From assembly GCA_035562895.1 (NCBI GenBank), contig DATMVT010000141.1:1-52713 (forward strand): a DNA stretch of 52,713 nucleotides, in the 5' to 3' direction. Below are positions 43,806 to 52,713 of this stretch, in pieces. Position 1 is the stretch's first letter. The number at the start of each line of letters is the position of its first letter. Made by a program: the position numbers and the translations under genes. The notes below the pieces were generated by a model, which did no database searches, was not told the origin of the DNA, and was given only the letters and a program-made list of their open reading frames with translations. This stretch comes from Patescibacteria group bacterium. Lineage in GTDB: Bacteria > Pseudomonadota > Gammaproteobacteria > Xanthomonadales > Ahniellaceae.

Positions 43806-46382
43806 GTGTCCGACGACTACGCCCAGCACACGCCGTTGATGCGGCAGTTCTTCCGCGCCAAGGCGGAGTTCCCGGACACCCTGGTGTTCTTCCGCATGGG
43901 CGACTTCTACGAGTTGTTCTACGACGACGCTCGCAAGGCCGCGCGTCTGCTCGACGTGACACTGACCCAGCGCGGCCAGTCCGCCGGCCAGCCGATCCCG
44001 ATGGCGGGCGTGCCCCATCACGCCGTCGAGGGGTATCTGGCCAAGCTGGTGAAACTCGGCGAATCGGCGGCGATCTGCGAACAGATCGGCGACCCGGCGA
44101 CGAGCAAGGGACTGGTCGAACGCAAGGTCGTGCGCGTGATCACGCCCGGCACGCTGACCGACGAAGCCCTGCTCGAGGAACGTCGCGACAACCTGCTGGT
44201 CTCGATCACGCGCGCTGGCGAACGATTCGGCCTGGCCTGCGTCGACGTCGCCGGCGGCCGCTTCACGCTGTGCGAGAGCGCGGGCGAAGCATCCTTGCTC
44301 GCCGAACTCGCGCGCCTGGCGCCGGCCGAAACCCTGCTCGACGACAACGTGCGCTGGCCCGATGCCGTGATCGCGATGACCGGCACGCGTCGGCGTCCAC
44401 CTTGGCATTACGAGCACGATGCGGCGGAACGCGCACTCTGCGAATTCTTCGGTACCCGCGACCTGCGCGGCTTCGGCTGTGCCGAACAGAAACTCGCGGT
44501 CGGTGCGGCCGGTGCGCTGCTTGCGTACCTGAAGGACACGCAACGGGCGGCGCTGCCGCACCTGACGCGACTCGCGGTCGAGTCCAGCGACGACACCATC
44601 GCCATGGACGCGTCGACACGGCGCAATCTCGAACTCGATGCGCAAACCAGCGGACGCACCGGCGCCACGCTGTTTTCGGTGATCGACACCACGATCACGC
44701 CGATGGGCGGCCGCCTGCTGCGACGTTGGCTGCATCGTCCATTGCGCACCGCGACGGCGTTGCGCCTGCGCCATCAGGCGATCGCGGCACTGATCGATGC
44801 CGGCACATTGAATGCACTGCGCGAGGTCTTGCGTGGCATCGGCGACATCGAGCGCATCCTCACCCGCGTCGCGCTGCGCTCGGCGCGCCCGCGCGACCTG
44901 TCGACGCTGCGCGATGCCCTGCAACTCGCACCCGACCTGCAGCAACGATTGGCCGCCATCGACAGCCCGCGCCTGCACGCACTCGCCGAGCAACTCGGTC
45001 GTCACGACGCCAGCGCCGACCTGCTCGCCCGCGCCCTCTTCGACCAGCCGCCCGTGCTGCTGCGCGACGGCGGCGTGCTGCGCGATGGCTTCGACGCCGA
45101 GCTCGATGAACTGCGGATGCTGTCGACGAACGCGGACCAGTTCCTGATCGATCTCGAAGCGCGCGAGCGCGCGGCCAGCGGCATCGCGACGCTGAAGGTC
45201 GGCTACAACCGCGTCCACGGCTACTACATCGAGATCACGAACGCGCATGCCGAGCGCGCGCCGACGCACTACACGCGTCGCCAGACGATCAAGGGCGCCG
45301 AACGCTACATCACCGAGGAATTGAAGCAGTTCGAGGACAAGGTGCTCTCGGCCAGGGAGCGCGCCCTGATGCGCGAGAAGGCCCTGTACGAGCAGATCCT
45401 CGATGCGTTGAACACGCGTCTCGAGGCGCTGCGCGATGCCGCCGCCGCGTTCAGCGAGGTCGATGTCCTCAGCACATTCGCCGAGCGCGCCGAAGCGCTG
45501 GGCTGGACCATGCCGGAGCTGGTTGATGCACCCGGCATCGCCATCGATCGCGGTCGCCATCCGGTGGTCGAGGCGGTGCGCAGCGATCCCTTCGAGCCGA
45601 ATGGCCTGCAACTCGATCCGTCACGGCGCATGCTCGTCATCACCGGCCCGAACATGGGCGGAAAAAGCACGTACATGCGCCAGGCCGCGCTGATCGTGCT
45701 GCTCGCGCACATCGGCAGTTTCGTGCCGGCCGATGCGGCGCGGATCGGGCCGATCGACCGCATTTTCACCCGCATCGGCGCCGGTGACGACCTCGCTGCC
45801 GGGCAATCGACCTTCATGGTCGAGATGAGCGAGACCGCGAACATCCTGCACAACGCGACCGACCGCAGCCTGGTGCTGATGGACGAAGTCGGCCGCGGCA
45901 CCAGCACCTACGACGGCCTCGCATTGGCCTACGCCTGTGCGGTGCATCTCGCCAGCAGCAATCGCGCCTACACCCTGTTCGCCACGCACTATTTCGAGCT
46001 GACTGCGCTCGCGGGCGACATCGACGGCGTCGCCAACGTGCATCTCGATGCCGTCGAGCACGGCGACGCGCTGGTCTTCCTGCACGCGGTCAAGGACGGC
46101 CCGGCGAACCGCAGCTTCGGCCTGCAGGTCGCGGCCTTGGCCGGCGTGCCGAAGCCGGTGATCGCGGCGGCGCGGGCGCGATTGCTGGCGCTGGAGGCGC
46201 ACCCGACCGATGCGGGCGCGAACGCGCACTCGCCCGCACACGACAAACCGCGGCAATTCGGGCTGTTCGATACGACACCACCGGCGCTCGATGCTTTGCG
46301 CGGCATGGATCCCGATGCGATGAGTCCGCGCGAGGCGCTCGAAGCCTTGTATCGATTGAAGGCGATGGCAACCGGCACGTGA
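43806..46382 (+). CDS. mutS: DNA mismatch repair protein MutS
   Basis: [35 protein letters not shown], Walker [45 protein letters not shown] start. Confidence 0.97.
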   Translation: MSDDYAQHTPLMRQFFRAKAEFPDTLVFFRMGDFYELFYDDARKAARLLDVTLTQRGQSAGQPIPMAGVPHHAVEGYLAKLVKLGESAAICEQIGDPATSKGLVERKVVRVITPGTLTDEALLEERRDNLLVSITRAGERFGLACVDVAGGRFTLCESAGEASLLAELARLAPAETLLDDNVRWPDAVIAMTGTRRRPPWHYEHDAAERALCEFFGTRDLRGFGCAEQKLAVGAAGALLAYLKDTQRAALPHLTRLAVESSDDTIAMDASTRRNLELDAQTSGRTGATLFSVIDTTITPMGGRLLRRWLHRPLRTATALRLRHQAIAALIDAGTLNALREVLRGIGDIERILTRVALRSARPRDLSTLRDALQLAPDLQQRLAAIDSPRLHALAEQLGRHDASADLLARALFDQPPVLLRDGGVLRDGFDAELDELRMLSTNADQFLIDLEARERAASGIATLKVGYNRVHGYYIEITNAHAERAPTHYTRRQTIKGAERYITEELKQFEDKVLSARERALMREKALYEQILDALNTRLEALRDAAAAFSEVDVLSTFAERAEALGWTMPELVDAPGIAIDRGRHPVVEAVRSDPFEPNGLQLDPSRRMLVITGPNMGGKSTYMRQAALIVLLAHIGSFVPADAARIGPIDRIFTRIGAGDDLAAGQSTFMVEMSETANILHNATDRSLVLMDEVGRGTSTYDGLALAYACAVHLASSNRAYTLFATHYFELTALAGDIDGVANVHLDAVEHGDALVFLHAVKDGPANRSFGLQVAALAGVPKPVIAAARARLLALEAHPTDAGANAHSPAHDKPRQFGLFDTTPPALDALRGMDPDAMSPREALEALYRLKAMATGT

Positions 46383-46921
46383 TCAGTCATCGTCATCGCT
46401 GCGTTTTCGTCCACCAGCGCAAATGCGCCGGCACCTCGATCATCCGGGCCTTCGGACTGACCCCGGAAGACCCGGATTGGCATGTCGCGAACGACGGCGC
46501 GCTGAGTCCCGAGTTTGCGCGGATCCCTGCGGACTATCTGCGTTTCGCGGTCATCCGCAACCCTTGGGACCGCTTTGTCTCGGGCTGGAAATACTGCGCC
46601 AGCACGCGCCAGCGCGACTTGCCCGATGTGCTCGCGCACTTGCCGAGCGAGGGCCACGACTATCGTCACCTGACCCGCCCCCAACACGAAACGATTTCGC
46701 ATCGCGACGGGACCCTGGCAGTCGATGTCGTGCTGCGATTCGAGACACTGCAGTCCGACTTCGATGCGCTCTGCGACCGCATCGGCATGCCCCGACAGCC
46801 GTTGCAGCATTTGAACCGGACCGCACGCGCCGACTACCGCAAGTATTTCGATCCCGATAGCCTGCAACGATTCAACGCCCACTTCGCCATCGACATCGCG
46901 CGATTCGGCTACACGTTCTGA
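46379..46921 (+). CDS. Small sulfotransferase-family protein (Sulfotransfer_2-like)
   Basis: 5'-PSB-like motif [12 protein letters not shown] at the N-terminus and 3'-PB-like motif [13 protein letters not shown]. The GTG start overlaps the mutS stop (GTGA). Confidence 0.6.
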   Translation: MISHRHRCVFVHQRKCAGTSIIRAFGLTPEDPDWHVANDGALSPEFARIPADYLRFAVIRNPWDRFVSGWKYCASTRQRDLPDVLAHLPSEGHDYRHLTRPQHETISHRDGTLAVDVVLRFETLQSDFDALCDRIGMPRQPLQHLNRTARADYRKYFDPDSLQRFNAHFAIDIARFGYTF

Positions 46922-46930
46922 AGGAGCTCC

Positions 46931-48052
46931 GTGGACATCGATGAACTCCGGCAACAGATCGATCTGCTCGACCGGCAACTGGTCGAACTGCTGGTCGCGC
47001 GCAGTCGCGTGACGGCCGAGATCGGCGCCTTCAAGCGTGAACGCGGACTCGCGCTGTACGTGCCGGAACGCGAATCGGAACTGCTCGCTGCACGGCGCGA
47101 GCAGGCGGCGCTGGCCGGTGCCGATCCGGACCTGGTCGAGGACGTGTTGCGGCGGGTCATGCGCGGCAGCTACAGCTCGCAGGAGACGTCGCTGCCTGCG
47201 GTCGTCGACGTCCGCGCGCCGGTCGTCATCCTCGGCGGTCGCGGCGCCATGGGTCGACTGATGGTGAGCCTGTTCGAGCGCGCCGGCTATCCGGTGCGCG
47301 CGATCGATATCGACAACCTCGACACGCTGCCGCAGGCCGTCGTCGATGCCGGACTGGTGCTGGTGTCGGTGCCGATCGACCGAACCGCTCAGGTGATCGC
47401 GGCGCTTCCCAAACTGCCGGAACACTGCGTGCTGTGCGACATCACTTCGGTCAAGCAAGTCCCGCTCGATGCAATGCGGGCGGCGCATGCGGGACCGGTC
47501 GTCGGCCTGCATCCGATGTTCGGCCCGGACGTGAAGAGCCTGGTCAAGCAGGTGATCGTGGTCTGCCACGGCCGCTCACCGGCCCGCTATGACTGGCTGC
47601 TGCGCCAGCTTGAAGCCTGGGGCGGACTGCTGCGCGAGGAGTCACCCGCAGCCCATGATCAGGCGATGCAGATGATCCAGGCCATGCGCCATTTCACGAC
47701 GATCGCCTACGGCGTGTTCCTGTCGCGCCAACCGGCCGACCTGGAGCGCCTGCTGCGGTTGAGTTCACCGATCTACCGGCTGGAACTGGCGATGGTCGGT
47801 CGCCTGTTTGCGCAAAGCCCGATGTTGTACGCCGACATCATGCTGCAGGCCGAACGACTGCCGGATCTGATTTCGGACTACCGCCATGCGCTCGACGAGT
47901 TGCTCGCACTGGTCCGCAGCGACGACCGCGATGGACTGATCGCGCGCTTCCGCGACGTGCAGTCCTACTTCGGCGACCTCGCGCCGAAGCTGCTCGGGGA
48001 AAGCGCGGAACTGCTGCGCAAGATGCATGATGCGCAGGGTGGCAAGCCTTAA
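46931..48052 (+). CDS. tyrA: Bifunctional chorismate mutase / prephenate dehydrogenase (T-protein)
   Basis: AAGGAG RBS and GTG start. N-terminal chorismate mutase helix LRQQIDLLDRQLVELLVARSRVTAEIGAFK. Prephenate dehydrogenase region VVILGGRGAMGRL...GLHPMFGPD. Confidence 0.88.
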   Translation: MDIDELRQQIDLLDRQLVELLVARSRVTAEIGAFKRERGLALYVPERESELLAARREQAALAGADPDLVEDVLRRVMRGSYSSQETSLPAVVDVRAPVVILGGRGAMGRLMVSLFERAGYPVRAIDIDNLDTLPQAVVDAGLVLVSVPIDRTAQVIAALPKLPEHCVLCDITSVKQVPLDAMRAAHAGPVVGLHPMFGPDVKSLVKQVIVVCHGRSPARYDWLLRQLEAWGGLLREESPAAHDQAMQMIQAMRHFTTIAYGVFLSRQPADLERLLRLSSPIYRLELAMVGRLFAQSPMLYADIMLQAERLPDLISDYRHALDELLALVRSDDRDGLIARFRDVQSYFGDLAPKLLGESAELLRKMHDAQGGKP

Positions 48053-49248
48053 GCCGCATCGGCGAGTCGAGTCGCAGCCCGCGCCACGTCGAGCGCCTGC
48101 GCCAGGTCCGCCCACAGGTCCTCGACCGATTCGATGCCGACCGAGAGCCGCAACAGGCTGGGCGTGATGCCGCATTCGCGGCGCGCGGCCTCGTCCAGCA
48201 CGCGATGCGTGAGCCCGGCCGGATGCTGGATCAACGTGTCCACCGAGCCCAGGCTGACCGCCGGCGTGATCAGCCGCACGGCGCGCATCACCGCCGCCGC
48301 GGCGGCATGGCCGCCATGAAGATCCAGCGCCATCAGCGCCCCCGGCCCGCGCATCTGCGCCGCCATGACCTCGTCGTTGCGCACCGTGCCGAGTCCGGGG
48401 AAGAAGACGCGCCGCACCGCCGGGTGACGCTGCAGGCGTGCCGCCAGATCGATCGCATTGCGCTGCGCCCGCTCGACCCTCAACGCCAGCGTGCTCAGGC
48501 CGCGATGCAGCAGATAGGCCGCGAGCGGATGCAGCAAGGCGCCGGTCGCGGCGCGCATCGTGCGCAAGGGCTTGGCGTCGACTTCGGCGCAGGCGATCAC
48601 GCCGGCGATCACGTCGCCATGGCCGCCGAGGAACTTGGTCGCGCTGTGCAACACGTAGCGCGCGCCGAAGGCGAGCGGATTCTGCAGGATCGGCGTAGCG
48701 AAACTCGAATCAACCACGACCGGCACGTCCCCTGCGGCCTTCACGACGGCGGCGATGTCGAGCAGATCCAGGGTCGGGTTGGCCGGCGTTTCGACCAGCA
48801 CCAGCGCGGTGTCCGGGCAAACCCGCTGCGCGATCTCGTCGGCGCGCACGAATTCGCAGTCGATGCCGGTGAGGCCGCTCTTCAGCAGGTGATCGCTGGT
48901 GCCGTAGATCGGGCGTACCGCGAGCATGTGCCCGCCGCGGGTGCGAGATGCCATCAGCAAGGCGGTCAGCGCGGCCATGCCGGAGCCGAAGGCGACGCAG
49001 GCTTCGGCGCCTTCGAGTTGGGCGATCGCCTGCTCGACCCGGGCCACGGTCGGGTTGTGCAGGCGCGCGTAAATCGGATTGGCGGCGGTCGCTTCGCCCG
49101 CGACCAGGGCGTCGAAGCTCGCGGTGCCGACCGACAAATCGGCGACCGGATAAGTCGTCGACAGGTCGATTGGTGGCGCATGCACGCCGAGCGCGGCGAA
49201 GTCTTCGCGTCCGGCATGGACGCAGCGCGTATCGATCGAGTGTTTCAT
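48049..49248 (-). CDS. PLP-dependent Cys/Met-metabolism enzyme, methionine gamma-lyase-like
   Basis: TRCVHAGRE, NPTVARVEQAIAQLEG, PLP-lysine motif HSATKFLGGHGDVIAG, and C-terminal LLRLSVGIESVEDLWADL. Subfamily assignment (MGL versus cystathionine gamma-synthase/lyase) is tentative. Confidence 0.8.
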   Translation of the reverse strand: MKHSIDTRCVHAGREDFAALGVHAPPIDLSTTYPVADLSVGTASFDALVAGEATAANPIYARLHNPTVARVEQAIAQLEGAEACVAFGSGMAALTALLMASRTRGGHMLAVRPIYGTSDHLLKSGLTGIDCEFVRADEIAQRVCPDTALVLVETPANPTLDLLDIAAVVKAAGDVPVVVDSSFATPILQNPLAFGARYVLHSATKFLGGHGDVIAGVIACAEVDAKPLRTMRAATGALLHPLAAYLLHRGLSTLALRVERAQRNAIDLAARLQRHPAVRRVFFPGLGTVRNDEVMAAQMRGPGALMALDLHGGHAAAAAVMRAVRLITPAVSLGSVDTLIQHPAGLTHRVLDEAARRECGITPSLLRLSVGIESVEDLWADLAQALDVARAATRLADAA

Positions 49249-49338
49249 GGCCATCCTCCCGACATTTCGGGCTGACACTAGAACGATCGTCGCGCTATCG
49301 TTGCTTCACCGAAGAATATTTCGTCGGATGGCGGAATC

Positions 49339-49812
49339 ATGGAACTCGACCGAATCGACATCGACTTGCTGCGGCTGTTGCGAAACAACGCACGGATGCC
49401 GAACAAGGACTTGGCCGAGAAGGTCGGCGTCGCGCCATCGACGGCACTGGAGCGCATCCGCCGCCTGCGCGAGGCGAAGGTGATCGAGGGCTACCATGCC
49501 GAACTGAACCCGGCCGCCATCGGCATCGGTCTGCAGGCCCTGGTCGCGGTGCGTCTGAATCGGCATTCGCGCGAACAAGTGGTCGCGCTGCACGACCATC
49601 TGCTCGCCCTGCCCGAGGTCATCGCGTTCTATCACGTGGCCGGCGCCAACGATTTCCTGGTGCACGTCGGCGTGCGCGACGCCGACCATCTGCGCGAGTT
49701 CGCGATGGCGGCGCTGACCTCGCGGCCCGAGGTCGCGCACATCGAGACCAACCTGATCTTCGAGTTCCGCCGTAGCGCCGACCTGCCGATCTACGCTCGC
49801 CCGTTCGAATGA
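49339..49812 (+). CDS. Lrp/AsnC-family transcriptional regulator
   Basis: MELDRIDIDLLRLLRNNARMPNKDLAEKVGVAPSTALERIRRLREAKVIEGY plus a RAM/ACT-like C-terminal domain. Divergent from the gamma-lyase-like gene. Confidence 0.88.
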   Translation: MELDRIDIDLLRLLRNNARMPNKDLAEKVGVAPSTALERIRRLREAKVIEGYHAELNPAAIGIGLQALVAVRLNRHSREQVVALHDHLLALPEVIAFYHVAGANDFLVHVGVRDADHLREFAMAALTSRPEVAHIETNLIFEFRRSADLPIYARPFE

Positions 49813-49813
49813 C

Positions 49814-50797
49814 TCAGGCCGCGGCGGCCTCGCTGCCCGCATCGAGCGAGGCCAGCCAGTCGTCGTCTGACCCCTCGTTGACGCCTTCGAACAGGATCGT
49901 CGACAGATAACGTTCGCCGGTATCCGGCAGCATCGCGAGAATGACCGAGCCCGGTGCCGCGTGCTCCGCCACCTTGAGCGCTGCTGCGGCCGTGCCGCCC
50001 GCGGAGATGCCGACGAAGATGCCTTCCTCGGTCGCGAGTCGACGTGCGGTGTCGCGTGCCAGCAGGTCTTCGACCGGCAGGATCTGGTCGGCCACCGACT
50101 TGTTCAGCACCTGCGGCACGAAGTCCGGCGTCCAGCCCTGGATCTTGTGCGGCGCCCAGGCATTGCCCGCCAGCAGTGACGCGCCCGTCGGCTCGGTCGC
50201 GGTGATTCGCACTTCGGGGCGCGCGACCTTGAGCACTTCGCCGACGCCGGTGAGCGTGCCGCCGGTGCCCCAGCCGCTGACGAAATGGTCGAGTCGGCGC
50301 CCGGCGAAATCGCGCAGGATTTCTGCCGCCGTCGTGTTGCGGTGATAGGCCGGATTCGCCGGATTCTCGAACTGGCGCGCCAGGAACCAGCCATGCTTCT
50401 TCGCGAGTTCCTCGGCGCGACGCACCATGCCGCTGCCGCGCTCTGCGGCCGCGGTCAAGATCACCTTGCCGCCATAGGCGCGAATCAGCTTGCGGCGTTC
50501 GACCGAGAAGGTTTCGCTCATCACCGCGACGAACTTGTAGCCACGCGCCGCCGCGACCGCCGCGAGCGCGACGCCGGTATTGCCCGAGGTCGCTTCGACG
50601 ATGGTGTCGCCGGGCTTCAACTGACCGCGCTGCTCGGCATCGAGGACGATCGCGAGCGCGAGGCGGTCCTTGACCGAACCGGCCGGATTGAAGGCCTCGA
50701 CCTTGACGTACAGATCGACATGCTTCGGCGCGAGTCGGTGCAGCTTCACGACCGGCGTATTGCCGATGGTGTCGAGGATGGAATTGAAGATGGTCAT
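49814..50797 (-). CDS. cysK: Cysteine synthase (O-acetylserine sulfhydrylase, CysK/CysM family)
   Basis: IGNTPVVKL, PLP-lysine motif NPAGSVKDRLAL, TSGNTGVALA, GWGTGGTLTG. Confidence 0.88.
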   Translation of the reverse strand: MTIFNSILDTIGNTPVVKLHRLAPKHVDLYVKVEAFNPAGSVKDRLALAIVLDAEQRGQLKPGDTIVEATSGNTGVALAAVAAARGYKFVAVMSETFSVERRKLIRAYGGKVILTAAAERGSGMVRRAEELAKKHGWFLARQFENPANPAYHRNTTAAEILRDFAGRRLDHFVSGWGTGGTLTGVGEVLKVARPEVRITATEPTGASLLAGNAWAPHKIQGWTPDFVPQVLNKSVADQILPVEDLLARDTARRLATEEGIFVGISAGGTAAAALKVAEHAAPGSVILAMLPDTGERYLSTILFEGVNEGSDDDWLASLDAGSEAAAA

Positions 50798-50830
50798 GGC
50801 GATGCTCCCGGGTGGTGAGGGAAAGAGGTA

Positions 50831-52306
50831 TCAGGCGGCGCGGTCGAGCGGAAGTGAAGGCGCAGGCACGTCGAGACATCGTCCGGCCAGCGGCGGTGCG
50901 CCGAACCAGTGCAATTCGCCCGCCAGTGCCGCGACTTCACCGAGGATGAGCAGGGCCGGCGAACGCACCGCGTGATCGCGCGCGATCTCGGGCAAGTCGG
51001 CCAAAGTACCGGTCACGACGCGTTGTTCGGCGCGGCTGCCGTTCTCGACGATCGCGAATGGCGTGCTCGCCGCACGACCATGTGCGACCAGACGATCGCG
51101 AATGCGTTCAAGCCCGGCCACGCCCATGTAGAACGCCAGCGTCTGCCGATCCTGGGCCAGCCCGACCCAATCCAACCGGTCGGCGGATTTTTCGCAATGT
51201 GCGGTGACCAGACGTACCGACTGCGCATGATCACGATGCGTCAGCGGAATGCCGGCATGGGCCGCGCAAGCACTCGCGGCCGTGATGCCGGGCACGACTT
51301 CAAACCGGATGCCGGCGGCCTTCAACGCCTCGAGTTCTTCGCCGCCGCGCCCGAACACGAACGGATCACCGCCCTTCAAGCGCACGACGCGCGCACCGCG
51401 CCGCGCGTGTTCGATCATCAGGGCATGGATGCCGTCCTGTTCGACGCGATGCTGGCCGGCCTGCTTGCCGACATCGATGAAGCTCGCGTCGCGGCGCGCC
51501 AGCGCCAGCACCTCGGCACTGACCAATTGGTCGTGCAGGATCACGTCGGCCTCGTTCAGGGCACGCAACGCGCGCAACGTGAGCAGCCCGGGATCGCCGG
51601 GGCCGGCCCCGACCAGCACGACCGAGCCGCCGCGTTCGATCGCGGCAACGTCGTCCAGCGCGTCCTGCAAGGCGATGTCGGCGGCGATGTGCTGCTTCGC
51701 GCGCACCAGACGCGGCACCGGACCGGACAATACGCGCTCGAACCAGCGGCGACGCTGCGGCAAGTCGGACCAGCGCGCGCGGATCGCCTCGCGATGGCGC
51801 TCGAACAGGTCGATCAGATCACCGAGCGATTCGTCGAGCACGGTCTCGATTTGCGCGCGCACATGGCGCGCCAGCATCGGCGCGGTGCCGGCCGAGGAAA
51901 TCGCGACCTGCAAACGGCCTCGATTCACCATGGCCGGCAACTGCACGTTCGAGCGTGCCGAATCATCGACGACATTCGCGAACATGCGGCGCGACTCGGC
52001 GGCGGCGGCAATCGCGGCATTGGTGTTGGCGTCGTTGGTCGCGGCGATGACCAGCCAGGCATCGTCGAGATGCGTCGCGTCGAATGCGGCGACGACGAGT
52101 TCGACGCGCCCGGCGTGGGCCAGCGTCGCCACGTCGTCGCCGACGGCCAGCGCCACCACGGCAATCGCTGCGCCAGTGTCGAGCAGGGCGCGGATCTTGC
52201 GTGCTGCCACCGAACCGGCGCCGACCACGAGCACACGCCGCCCGCGCAGGTCCGCGAACAGCGGGAACAGTCGTGTCGGGGTCATCTTGGCGGCATCGGC
52301 GCTCAT
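50831..52306 (-). CDS. cysG: Siroheme synthase (multifunctional CysG)
   Basis: N-terminal Rossmann motif [13 protein letters not shown] (precorrin-2 dehydrogenase/ferrochelatase). C-terminal SAM methyltransferase region [18 protein letters not shown]...[16 protein letters not shown]. Confidence 0.9.
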   Translation of the reverse strand: MSADAAKMTPTRLFPLFADLRGRRVLVVGAGSVAARKIRALLDTGAAIAVVALAVGDDVATLAHAGRVELVVAAFDATHLDDAWLVIAATNDANTNAAIAAAAESRRMFANVVDDSARSNVQLPAMVNRGRLQVAISSAGTAPMLARHVRAQIETVLDESLGDLIDLFERHREAIRARWSDLPQRRRWFERVLSGPVPRLVRAKQHIAADIALQDALDDVAAIERGGSVVLVGAGPGDPGLLTLRALRALNEADVILHDQLVSAEVLALARRDASFIDVGKQAGQHRVEQDGIHALMIEHARRGARVVRLKGGDPFVFGRGGEELEALKAAGIRFEVVPGITAASACAAHAGIPLTHRDHAQSVRLVTAHCEKSADRLDWVGLAQDRQTLAFYMGVAGLERIRDRLVAHGRAASTPFAIVENGSRAEQRVVTGTLADLPEIARDHAVRSPALLILGEVAALAGELHWFGAPPLAGRCLDVPAPSLPLDRAA

Positions 52307-52357
52307 GGGTCCAACCTAGGTCCGGCATCCGGCTTTTGGAAATGCCGACAGGGACTT

Positions 52358-52382
52358 GGCTTATGCCTGAAACGCATAAGCC
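52358..52382. promoter_or_regulatory. Perfect 9-bp inverted repeat containing a T-N11-A core; candidate LysR/CysB-type operator
   Basis: GGCTTATGC ctgaaac GCATAAGCC in the cysG / cysB-like divergent intergenic region. A second dyad, CGGCAT-N13-ATGCCG, lies at 52323..52347. Confidence 0.4.
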
Positions 52383-52453
52383 GCACTGGCTTTACAACTC
52401 CAGCCATCGCCGCTAGGTTGATTCCATCCCTTCATCGCGATGCGAAGATATTT

Positions 52454-52713
52454 ATGACCCTGACGCAGCTGCGCTTCATCGTCGCCATCGCCGACTCCAA
52501 TCTCAACATCACCCAGGCCGCGACCAAGGTCCATGCAACCCAGCCCGGGCTGTCGAAGCAGCTCAAGCAGCTCGAGGACGAACTCGGTTTCCAGCTGTTC
52601 ACGCGGCGCGCGCGCAGCATCGAGGCGATCACGCCGGCCGGCGAGCGTGTGTTGAAACATGCGCGCATCGTGCTCGCCGAGGCCGCCAACATCCGCGCCG
52701 TCGCCGCGAACCT
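52454..52713 (+). CDS. cysB: LysR-family regulator, CysB-like, 3' partial (runs off the window)
   Basis: My own translation from ATG 52454 is MTLTQLRFIVAIADSNLNITQAATKVHATQPGLSKQLKQLEDELGFQLFTRR... It closely parallels the CysB/Cbl N-terminal HTH. It is absent from the ORF track because no stop codon falls in the window. Confidence 0.75.
   Translation, partial: MTLTQLRFIVAIADSNLNITQAATKVHATQPGLSKQLKQLEDELGFQLFTRRARSIEAITPAGERVLKHARIVLAEAANIRAVAAN

Overview
Visibly GC-rich gammaproteobacterial chromosome segment (third codon positions are mostly G/C). Its gene order is typical of Xanthomonadales/Lysobacterales-like genomes. The window is almost entirely coding and mostly core housekeeping. 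In order: dnaB (5' partial, interrupted by an intein)-alr-radA; a few small metabolic and transport genes; tRNA-Phe; a secreted lipase plus a secreted protein of unknown function; folP; the long conserved block rpsB-tsf-pyrH-(GNAT)-frr-uppS-cdsA-dxr-rseP-bamA-skp-lpxD-fabZ-lpxA-lpxB-rnhB-dnaE-accA; an OmpA-family porin; a LysR regulator; alaS; a TPR-GGDEF protein; a TauE-family permease; recX-recA; a BrnT/BrnA toxin-antitoxin pair; cinA/pncC; mutS; a small sulfotransferase; tyrA; a methionine-gamma-lyase-like gene with a divergent Lrp regulator; cysK-cysG and a divergent cysB-like gene (3' partial). I found no CRISPR array, IS element, integrase, prophage or rRNA, and no convincing novel multi-gene system. 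The unusual content consists of small insertions into conserved contexts. (1) A 495-codon LAGLIDADG intein sits exactly between the Lys and Thr of the DnaB Walker A motif and carries an embedded Cro/C1-type HTH. (2) BrnTA is wedged between cinA and recA. (3) TauE and TPR-GGDEF genes separate recX from alaS. (4) A GNAT gene is start/stop-overlapped with pyrH and a sulfotransferase gene with mutS. (5) BamA has a Cys-bounded acidic tandem-repeat loop. (6) Ribosomal protein S2 has a low-complexity tail. The many long antisense ORFs in the track look like high-GC artefacts. All family calls come from motif recognition by eye and need HMM/BLAST confirmation.
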